A stretch of 61,684 nucleotides of DNA, counting the filler, from Pirum gemmata (Eukaryota), in NCBI GenBank assembly GCA_002812295.1. It is 9 parts of 9 records of this genome, joined end to end, with 100 filler letters (N's around TTAATTAATTAA, not from the genome) between each part and the next. Parts side by side here need not be neighbours in the genome. Positions count along the whole stretch, not along the records: positions 34,662 to 41,355 come from PDIN01000231.1; positions 41,456 to 48,147 come from PDIN01000232.1; positions 48,248 to 54,892 come from PDIN01000233.1; 6 more parts are not named here. One strand, given 5' to 3'. The position numbers and the translations under genes are program-made. The notes below the pieces were generated by a model, which saw only the letters and a list, made by a program, of their open reading frames with translations, did no database searches and was not told the origin of the DNA. The number at the start of each line of letters is the position of its first letter. Position 1 is the first letter of the stretch. Positions 36,480-49,432 of this stretch are shown here, in pieces.

Positions 36480-38100
36480 TTTTAAATGATTATAACTTTA
36501 ATTGATAAAAATAACAAACAGAATAATTTTAAATAATAATGATAAATAATAATAATAATAATTGCAAAGGTAAATAATAATAATAATTGTAAAGAATAAC
36601 AGTAAATAAACAAACAAATAGCAAAAAAAAGAACTAGCAGCAAACAAAAAACAAAAGGTAACAAACAACAAACAACTTAATCATATAATAATAATAACAA
36701 CTGTAAACAAACATTATAACTTTAATCGATAAAAATAACAAATATAGATAAAGAGAAATTAATAAAAATGAAATAATAAATATTAATAATAATACTTAAA
36801 GAATAATTTTAAATAATAATAATAATTAATAATAATAATAATCGTAATTAATAACAGCAAATAAACAGCAAAACAACTAACAGCAAACAAAAAACAAAAG
36901 TCAACAAACAACAAACAACAAATAATAGATAATAATTATAATAATTGTAAACAAACATTGTAGCTTTAATTGATAAAAATAACAAACATAGATAAAGAGA
37001 AAATAATAAAAACAATGAAATAATAAATATTAATAATAACACTTAAAGAATGATTTTAAATAATGAAAATGATAAATAATAATAATAATAATTGTAAAGA
37101 ATAACAGCAAATAAACAGACAAACAGCAAATAAACAGACAAACAGCAAAACAACTAGCAGCACTTTAGTTATAGGTTACGGTTAGCAATAATTACTGAAA
37201 TATCGATTTCCCAATTTCTTATGTTTTTCGTCATCGGGAAGGCCGGGTGTGGGATTGTAGGCTTCACAGCAGCAATTACTTGGGTAAAGCCTACAATTCC
37301 ACACCCGGTATGTATACAACAAAAACTTATACTTATTTTAAGAAATTAGGAAATCGATATTTCAGTAATTCTTGCTAACCCTAACCCTGAGGTAGACCAA
37401 TAATTGTATGTATACAAAAAACAAAAGGCAAAAAACAACAAACAACAAATCATAGGTAATAATGAAATAATAAAAATTAATAATTACACTTAAAGAATGA
37501 TTTTACATAATGATAATGATAAATAGTAATAATAATAATTGTAAAGAATATTAGCAAATAAACAAACAGCAAAACAACTAGCAACAAACAAAAAACAAAA
37601 GGGAAAACAAATAACAACCAGAAATCATAGATAATAATGATAATAATTGTAAACAAACATCTTAACTTTAATTGATAAAAATAACAAATATGGATAAAGA
37701 GAAATCAATAAAAACAATGATATGATAGATAATAATAACACTTAAAGAATGATTTTAAATAATTATAATGATAAATAACAAACAACAAACAACAAAACAT
37801 AGAAAATAATTATATCAATCAAAAACAAACATTGTGACTTTAATTAATAAAAATAACAAACATAGATAAAGAGAAATCAATAAAACAATGAAATACACTT
37901 AAAGAATAATTTAAATAATAATGATAAATAATGATAATAATTGCAAAGATAAATATTAATAATAATTGAATAGAATAAAAGAAAATAAACAAATAGCAAA
38001 CAATTAGCAGTAAGCAAAAAACAAAAGGAAAAAAAACAATAAACAAACAAATAAACAATGAACAATGAACAATAGTTATAAACAAAAAACAACACAAAAC
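36480..38100. repeat. Degenerate tandem repeats (~200-250 bp unit) in CDC20 intron 1
   Basis: Recurrent CTTTAATTGATAAAAATAACAAA-ATAGATAAAGAGAAAT and ACTTAAAGAATGATTTTAAAT. Confidence 0.7.
37174..37386. mobile_element. Fold-back element with two nested stems and telomere-like tips
   Basis: Outer ~48-bp inverted repeat plus an inner 22-bp inverted repeat (37243-37308). Confidence 0.75.
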
Positions 38101-38805
38101 AAACAACAAACAACAAACAAAAATACTAAAAATAATAAAAATAATAAAAATAACAAATAAGGAATATCGAAATATTAAATTTCAAATATCAAACAACAAT
38201 CAAAAAACAAACAAAAAACAACAACTAACACTATCAATAATTAAACAACATACAACAAACAAAAAGTGTCAAAAAAACAAATAACAAATAACATACAACA
38301 AACAAAAAGTGACAAAAAACAAAAAAACAAATAACAAGAATTAACGAATCAAAAAAGCAATAAATAATCGATAATCAACATCAGTAATTCATTCCACTAC
38401 TAATAAACAACAATTAATCAATCATCAACAATAAACAATAATCAATAATCAATAAATGAATTAACACACCCTAACCCAACCAATCAATAAACCAAAAAAC
38501 GAAAAAACCAATAATCATCAGACATCAGACATCAAGCATCAATAATCAATATTCTAATCAATCATCAATGTTCAATACAATACGATAAAAATAAAACTAC
38601 CAAACACGAAACAACTACCCGGATATGGAGACAAGAAATAAATATAAATATAATATTAATAAATAAATAAATAAATAATAATCAATTATCAACAGTAATC
38701 AATGATCAATAATCAACATATTACAATAAAAAAATAAAACTATATAGATTAATAAATCAACCATCAGAATAAAAGGAGTAGAAGATAAATAAATATAAAC
38801 TGTAC

Positions 38806-39286
38806 CTAATATACGATCTGCAGTTTGGGGTATTTTTCTCATAGTTTTACGATTACCACCACTTAATTTATGGCTAATTCTATTCTGAGTATATAGTACT
38901 CTATTTGTATTTAGATGACCTTCTCGAGGAGCAGGAGCTTTATGTTTAAAAGCTAATATTTTAGCTTCAGGATTAGCATTTAAAGTTTCTCTTAAACAAC
39001 TGTTATATTCTTGTGTGCTTGGGGAATTAGGGGTTTGATTATTATTGGTATTATTGGTATTAACTGTTGTTTTTTCTTTACTCAAAGCTTCTTTGAATAA
39101 GCATTTTGAAGATTCGAAATCCATGGCATCACGATTTGTTATAAAACGATCAGCATTAGGTGTTTTTCGACCTCTTGGGGTTTTGTTGCTTAATCTATTG
39201 TTTGGTGTAGTACAACTTTTCTGAAAAGTTTTCGTACTTTTTGTTTTGTATGGTGAATTGTTGTTGTAGTTAGAAAGAGCTGACAT
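38806..39286 (-). CDS. CDC20: CDC20 exon 1 (C-box, Mad2-interacting motif)
   Basis: MSALSNY...DRFITNR (C-box), KILAFKHKAP (KILR-type motif), RKIPQTADRIL, then G|GTACAG donor; several TP/SP CDK-type sites. Confidence 0.9.
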
Positions 39287-39473
39287 CTTTGTGTTTTTTG
39301 TGTTCAACGTTATAAATTTAAACAAAATTAAAATTTTATTTTTTTTTATTTTTTTTTATTTCAAGATTTCAATAATTTAGAAAATACTTTCAGAACTAAT
39401 AAAAAGAATAGTATATGCTTTATATCAAATTGTAATTTTTCATTCTTGAACCAAAAAAAAAAAACACTATTCT

Positions 39474-39523
<50 letters not shown>

Positions 39524-41355
39524 TATCATTATTCTATTACAACAACAATCCTGCAGACATATTCACAAAAACCATTAACACCACAAATATACACAGGAGC
39601 TCATGCGTATAATACCCCACCAACATTACTACACCCTCACAACCTAACTAGTACACACCTCATGTTGACTTGAAAAAACTCCTATATTTGTTTGTTTATT
39701 CATTATTTATTTCTTGATTCAAAATTTTGCTTCAAAATATAAAATTTATCATTATAACTATTACAATAAAAATAATAATGAAATCATGACGTGCTAATAG
39801 AGAAGGTACAATATCTTGTCACCCAACATAATTATTTCTACAAAACAACCCACAGCGTAATTACACTATAACGATTATTATATTGAAACGGTATTTATTT
39901 ACTTTAACCGTAAAAAAATACAATTAAAATGATATGGCAAAACAACAATGATTAAAATAAAACAAAATTACATTATGAAATTATGTAATTATTTTAAACA
40001 AGAGTAATAAATAAATAAATGTATGTTTATCATAACAAACAAATAACTAATTAAACTTGACTTTAATTCACATATAATAATTGTGTTTTCTTTCTTTTCT
40101 CATTTTTCTCTTTCATATGCATATTAATAATTAAATAATGATATGATCGAGCTTTGTCTTCATAATAAAAAAAACGTGATCTAATATATCTAATTATGTT
40201 ATCAATGAGCAGATTAAAATTAATCATTGTATAAGGAATCCTCTTTACACCCCTTTACCAAAACTGGTAAGTAATATAGCAAATAATAATAAAGATCTAT
40301 AGTTCTTACTATTCATGATGTATATGGAAAGTTTTATCATTTATATTATACAGAATATATCAATCAATTCAAAAAAAAAAAATACATTCTTAATTTCTCT
40401 TACCCCACTTCACTAATATACATTACATCGAATGAGCAGCATATTGCAATATTTCATTTTTGATAGCAATTAAATACAGGATAGAATAATGTGAAACATA
40501 CATTTTATAAAATTGCTCAGTTTTCCTTTTTTAATGCCCTGTATTCTACAGAAAAATAACATGAGTAAGACTTTAGGTAAATAAAACAAAAACGTTTGAC
40601 TTTATGACACATAAAGATCAAACCTTTAACAATACAATTCAGAGTGGTTGATAGTTTAGTTTAGTACACGGATTTCAAACAGGGTTTTTAATTAAGAAAT
40701 AATAGTATTCCTACCTAAATCTTTTTTCCAATCCCGTGCTCTTTTTTCGGTGAAGCATTTCATTCTAAAATTTCTGTTTTCTGGGGTTGTTACTAAATGA
40801 ATCATGAAAGAATTTGGAGTAGGCTCACTTATAGATACAATTTCACCACATAAAATCGTGCTATTCAATTCCCCTTTTTCGGTTGGCTAACCAAATAAAA
40901 GTAATTTATTCATATATATTGATTGAAAGGTGTTTTAGTGAAACAAAAAACAAATAAACAAATAAACAATTAATCAGAAAATGAAAACATACATTAACAG
41001 TACTTATTCAATTCATTAAAGCATAAAACACTAAAAACCTTTTTAGGATCAGGATAGTAAAACGAAAGTCGATCATCTGTATCCAGCTCAACATACCTAA
41101 ATATATAGATCAAAAAATATAAAAGATTAAATTAGAATTTATTTTTTTCAAAGGGAATGAAACATGACAATAATAGTATCATACTAGAGACACCACGTAA
41201 CACATAACTATATAATTTACCTTCTGTAATATTGCTTCAAAACCGTGCTACGAAGTTCAATCCAATCACTTCTAACTATATTCATATCTTTTTAGGCTTT
41301 AGTTATAACTTTTCACACATACACTAGATGTATCATATTGCCTGTAACTTCTTCT

Positions 41356-41455
41356 NNNNNNNNNNNNNNNNNNNNNNNNNNNNNNNNNNNNNNNNNNNNT
41401 TAATTAATTAANNNNNNNNNNNNNNNNNNNNNNNNNNNNNNNNNNNNNNNNNNNN
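41356..41455. other. Artificial contig-joining spacer
   Basis: N44-TTAATTAATTAA-N44. Confidence 0.97.
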
Positions 41456-41488
<33 letters not shown>

Positions 41489-41765
41489 TTCCTAATATAT
41501 AATTATATAATCTGAAAATAATAATAATAATAATAATAATATAATAATAATAATAATAATAATGTAACGATGATGATCATAAAGGTATCATAGGCATAAT
41601 AACAATCTAATAATAGAAATTGTCCTTTTTTTTAAAAAAATAAAATAAAAGAGGCAATTAGTTTATTGAATTTTACAATTAATTAACGTAACATTATTAT
41701 TATTATATATCGATATTGATATTATACAACAACTTTCAAAACTAAATTATAGATTTTTTAATTAA

Positions 41766-42857
41766 TTAAACAATAATATCATCGTGCAATTGTACATTGA
41801 TAATCTCTGTCGAATTACTATCAATACCACCACTAGCTCCATCATAAATGGCAACAGATTGTATATTTACATCAATTATTGAATCTTCCACAAGTCTTGC
41901 AGTTTGACCTGCTGCTACTTTTGCTGTAGTATAATTACAGCTAGCGGTATTAGTAGTAGCGCTACTTCCTTGTTTACCAGATCTAGATGTACGAGAGGAA
42001 GAAGCTCCAGTCTTATTGTTTTCCATAATCGCTAAAGTACAATAGCCAGTTACCACGTTATCTAAAGAATAACAAAAACTTTGAATAAATAAAAAGAAAC
42101 CCAAGAATGCCCATTCTCCAAAATGAACCCAGGCACGACAATACTCAACAATAATAATGGGTTTATAAATGAATAGTGAAAAAATTGCATTTCCCATCAT
42201 ATACTTAAGTACCCGTTTTAATTTTTCTGAACCTTGTGATTTGGAAATATTATTACTAGAAAGAAATGTCATCGTCTTCCAGCATTCGTAAATGATCACT
42301 GTACTCCCAATCGTGTTCAGAATATCCAGTAGCAATACTAAAGAATTGTGAACTATGTGGTATGTCAAAGACCAATCACAACCATATTCGATTTTCTCTA
42401 AAGATTCAGGGAAAGCTCCATATAAATCAAACACCACAGTCCCAAAAGTGACAACCAAAATGAAAACACAATAAATTTTGTACATTCTTTTTTTTCGGTC
42501 AGCGATAAATTGATTTTTCACCAAAGTAAGGCGGTAAAGACCAAGTAAGACGTTTAGATTAATACTTAACGGATTAAATGCGTCTGTGATACCATAAGTA
42601 AAAATGACAAAAAATTTACAGTAATCCCACTCTCCAGCGGCTAAGATTGGTAAAGAACACCAAGAAGTAAAAGTAGCGAAACTGCCATAAATTAACGAAA
42701 ACAAAGTAAGTTTCACGAAAGAATTCCTTTGATTGGTTTTATTAATAAAGCATTTTTTATAATAATAGACAATGTATCCAATAGTCAATACCCACATTAA
42801 ACTAGGAAGAATGATAGCAGCCAAGTACCATCCCTGAAATGCTTCTTCGCTGGTCAT
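41766..42857 (-). CDS. 7TM GPCR-like protein, single exon
   Basis: Seven hydrophobic helices, Cys at the top of TM3 and in ECL2, YRL at the DRY position, Ser/Thr-rich C-tail. Confidence 0.75.
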   Translation of the reverse strand: MTSEEAFQGWYLAAIILPSLMWVLTIGYIVYYYKKCFINKTNQRNSFVKLTLFSLIYGSFATFTSWCSLPILAAGEWDYCKFFVIFTYGITDAFNPLSINLNVLLGLYRLTLVKNQFIADRKKRMYKIYCVFILVVTFGTVVFDLYGAFPESLEKIEYGCDWSLTYHIVHNSLVLLLDILNTIGSTVIIYECWKTMTFLSSNNISKSQGSEKLKRVLKYMMGNAIFSLFIYKPIIIVEYCRAWVHFGEWAFLGFFLFIQSFCYSLDNVVTGYCTLAIMENNKTGASSSRTSRSGKQGSSATTNTASCNYTTAKVAAGQTARLVEDSIIDVNIQSVAIYDGASGGIDSNSTEIINVQLHDDIIV

Positions 42858-43909
42858 CCTTAATTAGTTAAAGATTGTATAGTTTTTTATGTTAGTTTTT
42901 TTGATTAAATTTTAGTGAAATAAATAATCACCTGTAATAAAAATAATTAAAAAACAAAGGGTGGGTATCGGTAATAATATTATATTCCAATATTGTAATT
43001 AATAAAATAGTAAAACCAAGAATTAAAAAAATAGGAAGAAAGAAAGTCTATTTTTTTTATTTTTTCTTCTACTTAACTTTTTTTTTTTTACCTTCATATT
43101 TTTAAAAGTACATTTATATAGTTTTATATGCTCAGTGCCACTTTGCAGATTTGTAGTATTCTGGCGGTAGGTAAATAGACCCATCTCCTGTGACTCATCT
43201 TCAAATTTACAGAAGTGCCAGTATTCGCACATTTTCTCACATTTACCGAAAAAAGTGTCTATATCTACCTATCAAATTGCACATTCCAGAAGGAGTTGTG
43301 TTTCATAATTTCATTCTACTATGTGCTTCGTTATAAGTCAATAATATATATATAGAAATTTTCTCAAAAATGTGTAATTAGTAAACTAATTAGTACCGAA
43401 TCAGTTACCGAATCTACCGATAGTAAAAAATTTTAAAAAAAATTCTATCTGTAGATTCTTAGAGAGGCTATGAGAGGAGGATATAATAAAAATAATATGT
43501 ATATAGTCTATATATAGTCTACTAGCTCGAGGGGGTTTTCTAATTTCTAGTAGGCTAATGTGTAGTCTACACTCTAGCAGCTAGTCTACTAGCTTCTACT
43601 AGCTTCTACTAGAGGCCGCCCACCTGCCGACTCAGTGCCGAGGCTGCTGTCCTATCATACTACTAGACTAGCTAGCTTATTGAACANTAGTAACTGGGGC
43701 CGTCTACTAGCCCACCTATGGACTCCTATGGTGCCCTACTTTTTTTACTAGTTAAAAGTCCCACATTTTTTTATATAATATATTCGAATATTTCAAATCT
43801 ATTTTTAAAAAAAAAATCACTATTACATTACACTTATATTCGAAAACTGAAATTATAGTGAAACCCAAAAGTCGGACGTTTTTAGCTTGTTTGCACTATA
43901 CTGGCTATA

Positions 43910-44192
43910 GTGCTTTTCAGTTGTTTTGTCATCATAAAATATACAATAAATGATACCAAATTAATATAATATAAATCCATTTCATTTAATTTGGTATATT
44001 TTATTATAAATTTATGTTCCCTTATCATATTTTTTTTCCCTTATCATATTTTTTCCCTTATTATATTTTTTCCCTCTTATCACCGCTACCAATATCACTA
44101 ATCATTACCATTAATAATTAGTGATATCGAACAATTTAAATACTATAAACAACCAAATAAATATTCGGAGTGACAAAATAAATGAAAAGCAC
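43910..44192. mobile_element. MITE A copy carrying an internal ~100-bp insertion
   Basis: CTATAGTGCTTTTCAG...TGAAAAGCACTATAG; insert with tandem TTCCCTTATCATATTTT. Confidence 0.85.
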
Positions 44193-44599
44193 TATAGACT
44201 AGCTAGTTATGATAGACTAGCTAGAGCAAGGACTTCAAAGTCTTTTTTGACTATACTATAGATATCCAGGAAAAAGAAAAAAAATTAAAATATCATTTAT
44301 TTATATCATAAATAAAAAAAAAATTTTTGATCCCACGAATACTCCTAAACGAACACTCTTCTTGTTTAGCTTTCTTCTTCTTCCTCTTTTACTCATTTGT
44401 TTACTATACGTATTTTAAAATGTGAAATAATAATTATTACAGTTTTATATGTTCGGCATAACCGGGTACTCAACTTCAACTCTCTAACTTTATATTTTAT
44501 CTTGAATCTTAATTTTGTTATTGCTTTTCGAAAAAAAGATAAATCTATCATATCTTTTAAAAGCACTTCTTTTAATAAGATCTCTAGCTAGAGAGAACC

Positions 44600-44730
44600 T
44601 GTTATTGTTATTGTTATTGTTATTGTTATTGTTATTGTTATTGTTATTGTTATTGTTATTGTTATTGTTATTGTTATAATAGTTATTGTTATTGCTATTG
44701 CTATTGTTATTGTCATTGTTATTGTTATGA
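44600..44730. repeat. (TTATTG)n microsatellite
   Basis: Direct reading. Confidence 0.95.
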
Positions 44731-45125
44731 ATTTAATATTGTTGTTATGATATATTATTACTGAACTGATCAGTATACATACGTATGAAAGTATTATATC
44801 ATGTAATGATATATGTATGTAATATATTCTAAATGTATTTATTTTTATTTTATGTATAAAAATAAAATAAAATAAATAATTAATGTAATAATTATCGTTG
44901 GTTGGTCAGCTTTTGTTTTTTTAAAAAAAATTCCAGTTTTTTTTTTTTTCCTCTGTCAGAACCAGAACATTTTTGGACTATTTTTGGGCTATTTTTGGAC
45001 TATTTTTTGTATTTTTTGGTATTAAATTTTTTTGGTATTTTGGTATTTAATTTTTTTTTTTTAAAAAAAAAAAGTTTTGGTTATGAATCCGCATCGGAAT
45101 CCGTATGATAGTCTTTTAATTGAGT

Positions 45126-45215
45126 GGGTTAGGGTTAGGGTTAGGGTTAGGGTTAGGGTTAGGATTGGGGTTAGGGCTAGGGTTAGCTGTTAGGGAGTTA
45201 GGGAGTTAGGGTTAG
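45126..45215 (+). repeat. Internal (TTAGGG)n
   Basis: Direct reading. Confidence 0.9.
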
Positions 45216-45559
45216 ATCAAGGGGGATTTTTGATAGTCCTACTAGCTACCTAGAGTACCTGAGCTAGAGTAGGGCAAACAACCTTTTTCAAAAATGTATA
45301 ATAATATCCACAGTTATTAATACTACAAGTTTTAGATGTACAAGCTTCGTTTTGAATGATACAAAGAACGTTATATTGTAGTACTATTTGAAGAATATTT
45401 GAAGGCTATTGATTTTCTCTTATCAGAACATTTTTGGTGTTTTCATGTTTTGGTAATAATTATTGCTTGTTTGCTGTTGTTGCTGTTGGTAACTTGATAT
45501 CGTTCTTGTTTATTAGTTATAACTAGCTATAGGTTACTATTTTTAAAAGGTGTTGTTTT

Positions 45560-45930
45560 TATGTTGTTGTTAATAATGTTTGTTACTGCTTGCTGTTGTG
45601 TGTTGTCGGTTGTTTGTTGTTGTTTGTTGTTGTTTGTTGTTGTTTGTTGTTGTTTGTTGTTGTTTGTTGTTGTTTGTTGTTGTTTGTTGTTGTTTGTTGT
45701 TGGTTGTTGTTGTTGGTTGTTGGTTGTTGTTGTCGGTTGTTTTGTTGTTGTTCGTTGTTGTTGTGTGTTGTTATTGGTTGTTTGTTTCTGTTGTTATTGG
45801 TTATTGGTTGTTGTTGTTGGTTGTTGGTTGTTGTTGCTGATTGATGTTTTGTTGTTTTGTTGTTGTTCGTTGTTCGTTGTTTGTTGTTATTAGTTAACGT
45901 TGTTGTTGGTTGTTTAATTTTGTTGTTCGT
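45560..45930. repeat. TTG-rich low-complexity repeat
   Basis: (TGTTTGTTGT)n. Confidence 0.9.
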
Positions 45931-46670
45931 TGGATCTGTTTTTTCAAAGAGAAGGAAGCTTGTTAGTGATCCGAAAAAACTAGACTGTATGTGAAAAAGG
46001 GGCTAGCTATAGCTAGGGTAAAGGAGTACAGGGAAATACAATGAACAGTGAAAATACAGGGCTAGCTAGGACGGGAGAGCATAATACTACTAATAATAAT
46101 AACGAGGAAAAATCAGTTGGTGATGAAAAAAAAAAGTCTTTGTTCTTTCGGTGAGGCAAAGTGTTTTTTTTTTTTTTTTTTTTTTTTTTTGGTCCCGCTT
46201 CAGTCCGCTTCGCACTTCTTTTTTAGTTGATTGGTTTTTGGATAGGGAAAGTTAGGGGTTAATTAACTATACAATATATAATATAATACAGAACAACTGA
46301 AAAGAGAAGGAAACAAAAAAGAAAAAAGAAATAAAAGATAACACTGTTTGTTGTTATCGTTGTCTTTGTTGTTGGATGTTTGTTGTTGGATATTTGTTGT
46401 TGGATATTTGTTGTTGGATATGGATATTTGTTGTTGGTTGTTTGTTGTTGGATATTTGTTGTTAGATGTTTGTTGTTTGTTTTTGTTTGTTGTTGTTGTT
46501 GTTTTTGTTATTTGTTGTTGATTATTATTGTTTATTGTTGTTTACTATTTGTTATCAACGTTGTTTCTTGCAATTGTTTGATTTTTCTTTTTATAACTTG
46601 AGCAAAAAATTACCGAAAATGATTTAATGGACACTAAAAAATAAATAAATAAACTTTTTATTATAATTAA

Positions 46671-46794
46671 TTAATAACCGTTAAATCTCGCATCGTCAAC
46701 ACCCCACGTATTTAACAACCGTTAAATCTCACATCGTTAACACCCCCACGCATTTAACAACCGCTAAACCTCACATCGTCAACACCCCACGCAT
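46671..46794. repeat. Three tandem ~41-bp copies of the protease CDS 3' end
   Basis: TTAACAACCG(C/T)TAAA(C/T)CTCACATCGTCAACACCCCACGCAT repeated three times. Confidence 0.9.
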
Positions 46795-47409
46795 TTAGCA
46801 CTTGTTCTATCCAATAAGAATGATAAGAGACATCAGCAAAATAAGACATACCGACTCCACATAAAGGCAACGTAGCCCCATTAATCGAAGTGTCGTTAAC
46901 AAAACTACTCACAGCCATCAATAAATCTTCCTGGACAACATTATCATCATTATTACCTTTAAAATATAAAGGTCCCCCAGAATCCCCTTGACAAGTGCCT
47001 TGATTGTCTCCAAAGGGATCACCAGCGCAAAAATTAGAATCGTTAGTCATAACAATGCCATTTTCGTCTCTAGCATTAAAACACACCTCAGATGGAGGTA
47101 CAAGAAGGTCTACTTCACGTAAAATCCAGGATCCCCAGCCAGAGTTAGAATAGGTATCTCCCCAACCCATTGCAGTAAGGCGAACGTTGTTCTCTGCAAA
47201 AATGTCCATACCCATTTCTTCATAACAACTATTGATCATAACTGGATTCACTACTTCCAAATCAAATTCACCGTCTATTTTTATTAGACAAATGTCACTA
47301 TTGAGCATGTTCCCTTTTACTACTCGATTAACATCTGGGCATTCAATTTGTGTGATCTTAAATCTTTTCCCTTCAAAATAAAAATTAGGTTGATTTAACA
47401 CCCCCGTAC
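46754..47409 (-). CDS. S1 (chymotrypsin-fold) serine protease exon 2
   Basis: TTCAG|GT acceptor; NSDICLIK (Asp), GWG, FCAG, GTCQGDSGGP (Ser). Confidence 0.92.
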
Positions 47410-47802
47410 CTGAATTAAATTAAAAGCAATGATAATAACATTAATAAAAATTAGATAAAATTGAGATATTAAAAGTATTACTAAATAATGTCATTTTCAA
47501 AATTCACATAAACTTGGGTTGTAAAAAGGAAAAAGAATTTCAAAAAAAAAAAAGCAAGCAAGAAAAAAAAGCAACAACTTTTATCAAAACCATTATCCTT
47601 TTAACATGTATTATATACTAACCATATAATGTTATAATTGACATACGTTTATAATTATGCCTACCACTACCGCTACCAAGACAACTACTACCAACAATAC
47701 ACAATCAAACAAAAATAAAATGCTAACAAAAGCACACACCCAAACAAACGAACAACAGTACAAACAATACAAACAACAACAACAACAAAAAAAAATCAAT
47801 AC

Positions 47803-48115
47803 CCAAATTAACAATATGTTGGTTTTTTTTTATGTAGTTTAAATCTTGTAAAACCAGTGTTTCCGATTCTTCAAAAATAGTTTGATTCATAAAACAATGC
47901 ATAGCTGATAATAAAGTGTTTTTTCCAATAATAGAAGCCCCACAAGAATGAACAAGAAAAGGTGTATCCATTTGAAACATATCCTTTAAATCTGTTTCGA
48001 CTTTTGCCATCCACGTGTGTGTATTTTTCCACATGCGAGTACCCCCAACTGCCATAGCTGTAGTGGATTGTACATAGCTCAATGCTGCTGATAATAAAGT
48101 CAAAGAGAAAAACTG

Positions 48116-48118
<3 letters not shown>
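47803..48118 (-). CDS. S1 serine protease exon 1 (signal peptide; spliced product ~323 aa)
   Basis: Signal peptide, AVGG, CGASII, LSAMHC (His); phase-1 donor G|GTATTG matches exon 2. Confidence 0.88.
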
Positions 48119-48147
<29 letters not shown>

Positions 48148-48247
48148 NNNNNNNNNNNNNNNNNNNNNNNNNNNNNNNNNNNNNNNNNNNNTTAATTAAT
48201 TAANNNNNNNNNNNNNNNNNNNNNNNNNNNNNNNNNNNNNNNNNNNN
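48148..48247. other. Artificial contig-joining spacer
   Basis: N44-TTAATTAATTAA-N44. Confidence 0.97.
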
Positions 48248-49046
48248 ATTATTTATTATTTGTTATTATTATTATTAATTATTGCTAGGCACTTCGATGA
48301 AATCAAAAATGATTTGGAAAGTCACGTGCTGTCATTTTCTACTTCACAAAATAAAATGGCAAAACTTTTACAAAACCTAAAAGCTGCGAAAATCAAATGA
48401 TACGAATTTATTATATTGTTATTATTATTATTAATATTGTTTAAGCTCGACTCGAAATTTTTTTTCTCAATTCCTATTCGTTATTATTATAAAGACGCTG
48501 AAATACTAATAACCTTAGAAATATAATATATATATATATTGGCCTCCTTATCTTTAATTTGGTACGATTTAAATATATAATTGTAACTTTTTTATAAATT
48601 ACAACATTAATTATAAAATAGCAAATTAGTTAAAACATGCCTGATAGTTTTACTACAAGTATAGTTTGGTATGTTTATTTCAGTTTTTGAACTGGACAAA
48701 ACTATTGAAAAGCAATATATATATAGACCTCTATATATATATACCCGAGAAATGTCGGATAACGTTGGATAAGGAATCATCCATAAAGGACTTCACCTAA
48801 TCTTACCTATGCCTCTTTGTCCAAAACACTTTTGGTCATAATTTTCAAGTTCGTTTTAATAATTAATTACTGCCTAAAACAGTTTAAGTCACACTTTCGA
48901 GCAATGACTTTTATCAAAGAAGAAGTGACGTCCTTTATGAATGTTCCCTAACAGGTGGTATCGTTTCGCGATCTTTTTCACAACCAGAAAAATTATATAA
49001 GTTTAGTCATAGAAGAACTATATATAGTAATAAAACAGATACAAAC

Positions 49047-49432
49047 TGTGGTGGTACTGCGTAATTTATCATGCATAAATTTATGGTCTGATTTTTGAGT
49101 GTAATTATTGGTTACAATGGTTTTTTCTGTGGTAAGATTTTTCTAGGTAGTTTGACGTCAGGGTTATGGCCAGATGGTTTAGAAAATGGGCTCATAACTA
49201 AGTGTGTTTATTGGGCAAAGTTGTAGTAAACCAAGTAATTTATTATTATTATTATTATTTTATATGAATTTGAAGACTATAGTTTTATAAAAAAAACTAA
49301 AAAAACAAATGTATAAAAAGAGCTGTTTTTGACCAAAAACAAAAAGAAAAAAACATAATAAAAAAACTGTAAAAAAAAGAAATAACAAAAAACTCTAATT
49401 TTCATAAAAATGACAGATCAAATCTCAGGTCA
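49047..49432 (+). repeat. 5' LTR (386 bp)
   Basis: TGTGGTGGTACTGCG...ATCTCAGGTCA. Confidence 0.93.

Noticed and set aside
38699..39325. ORF-track boundaries for CDC20 exon 1
   Set aside because: The TTG start and the hydrophobic tail are UTR and intron read-through; the ATG at 39286 and donor at 38805 fit the family.
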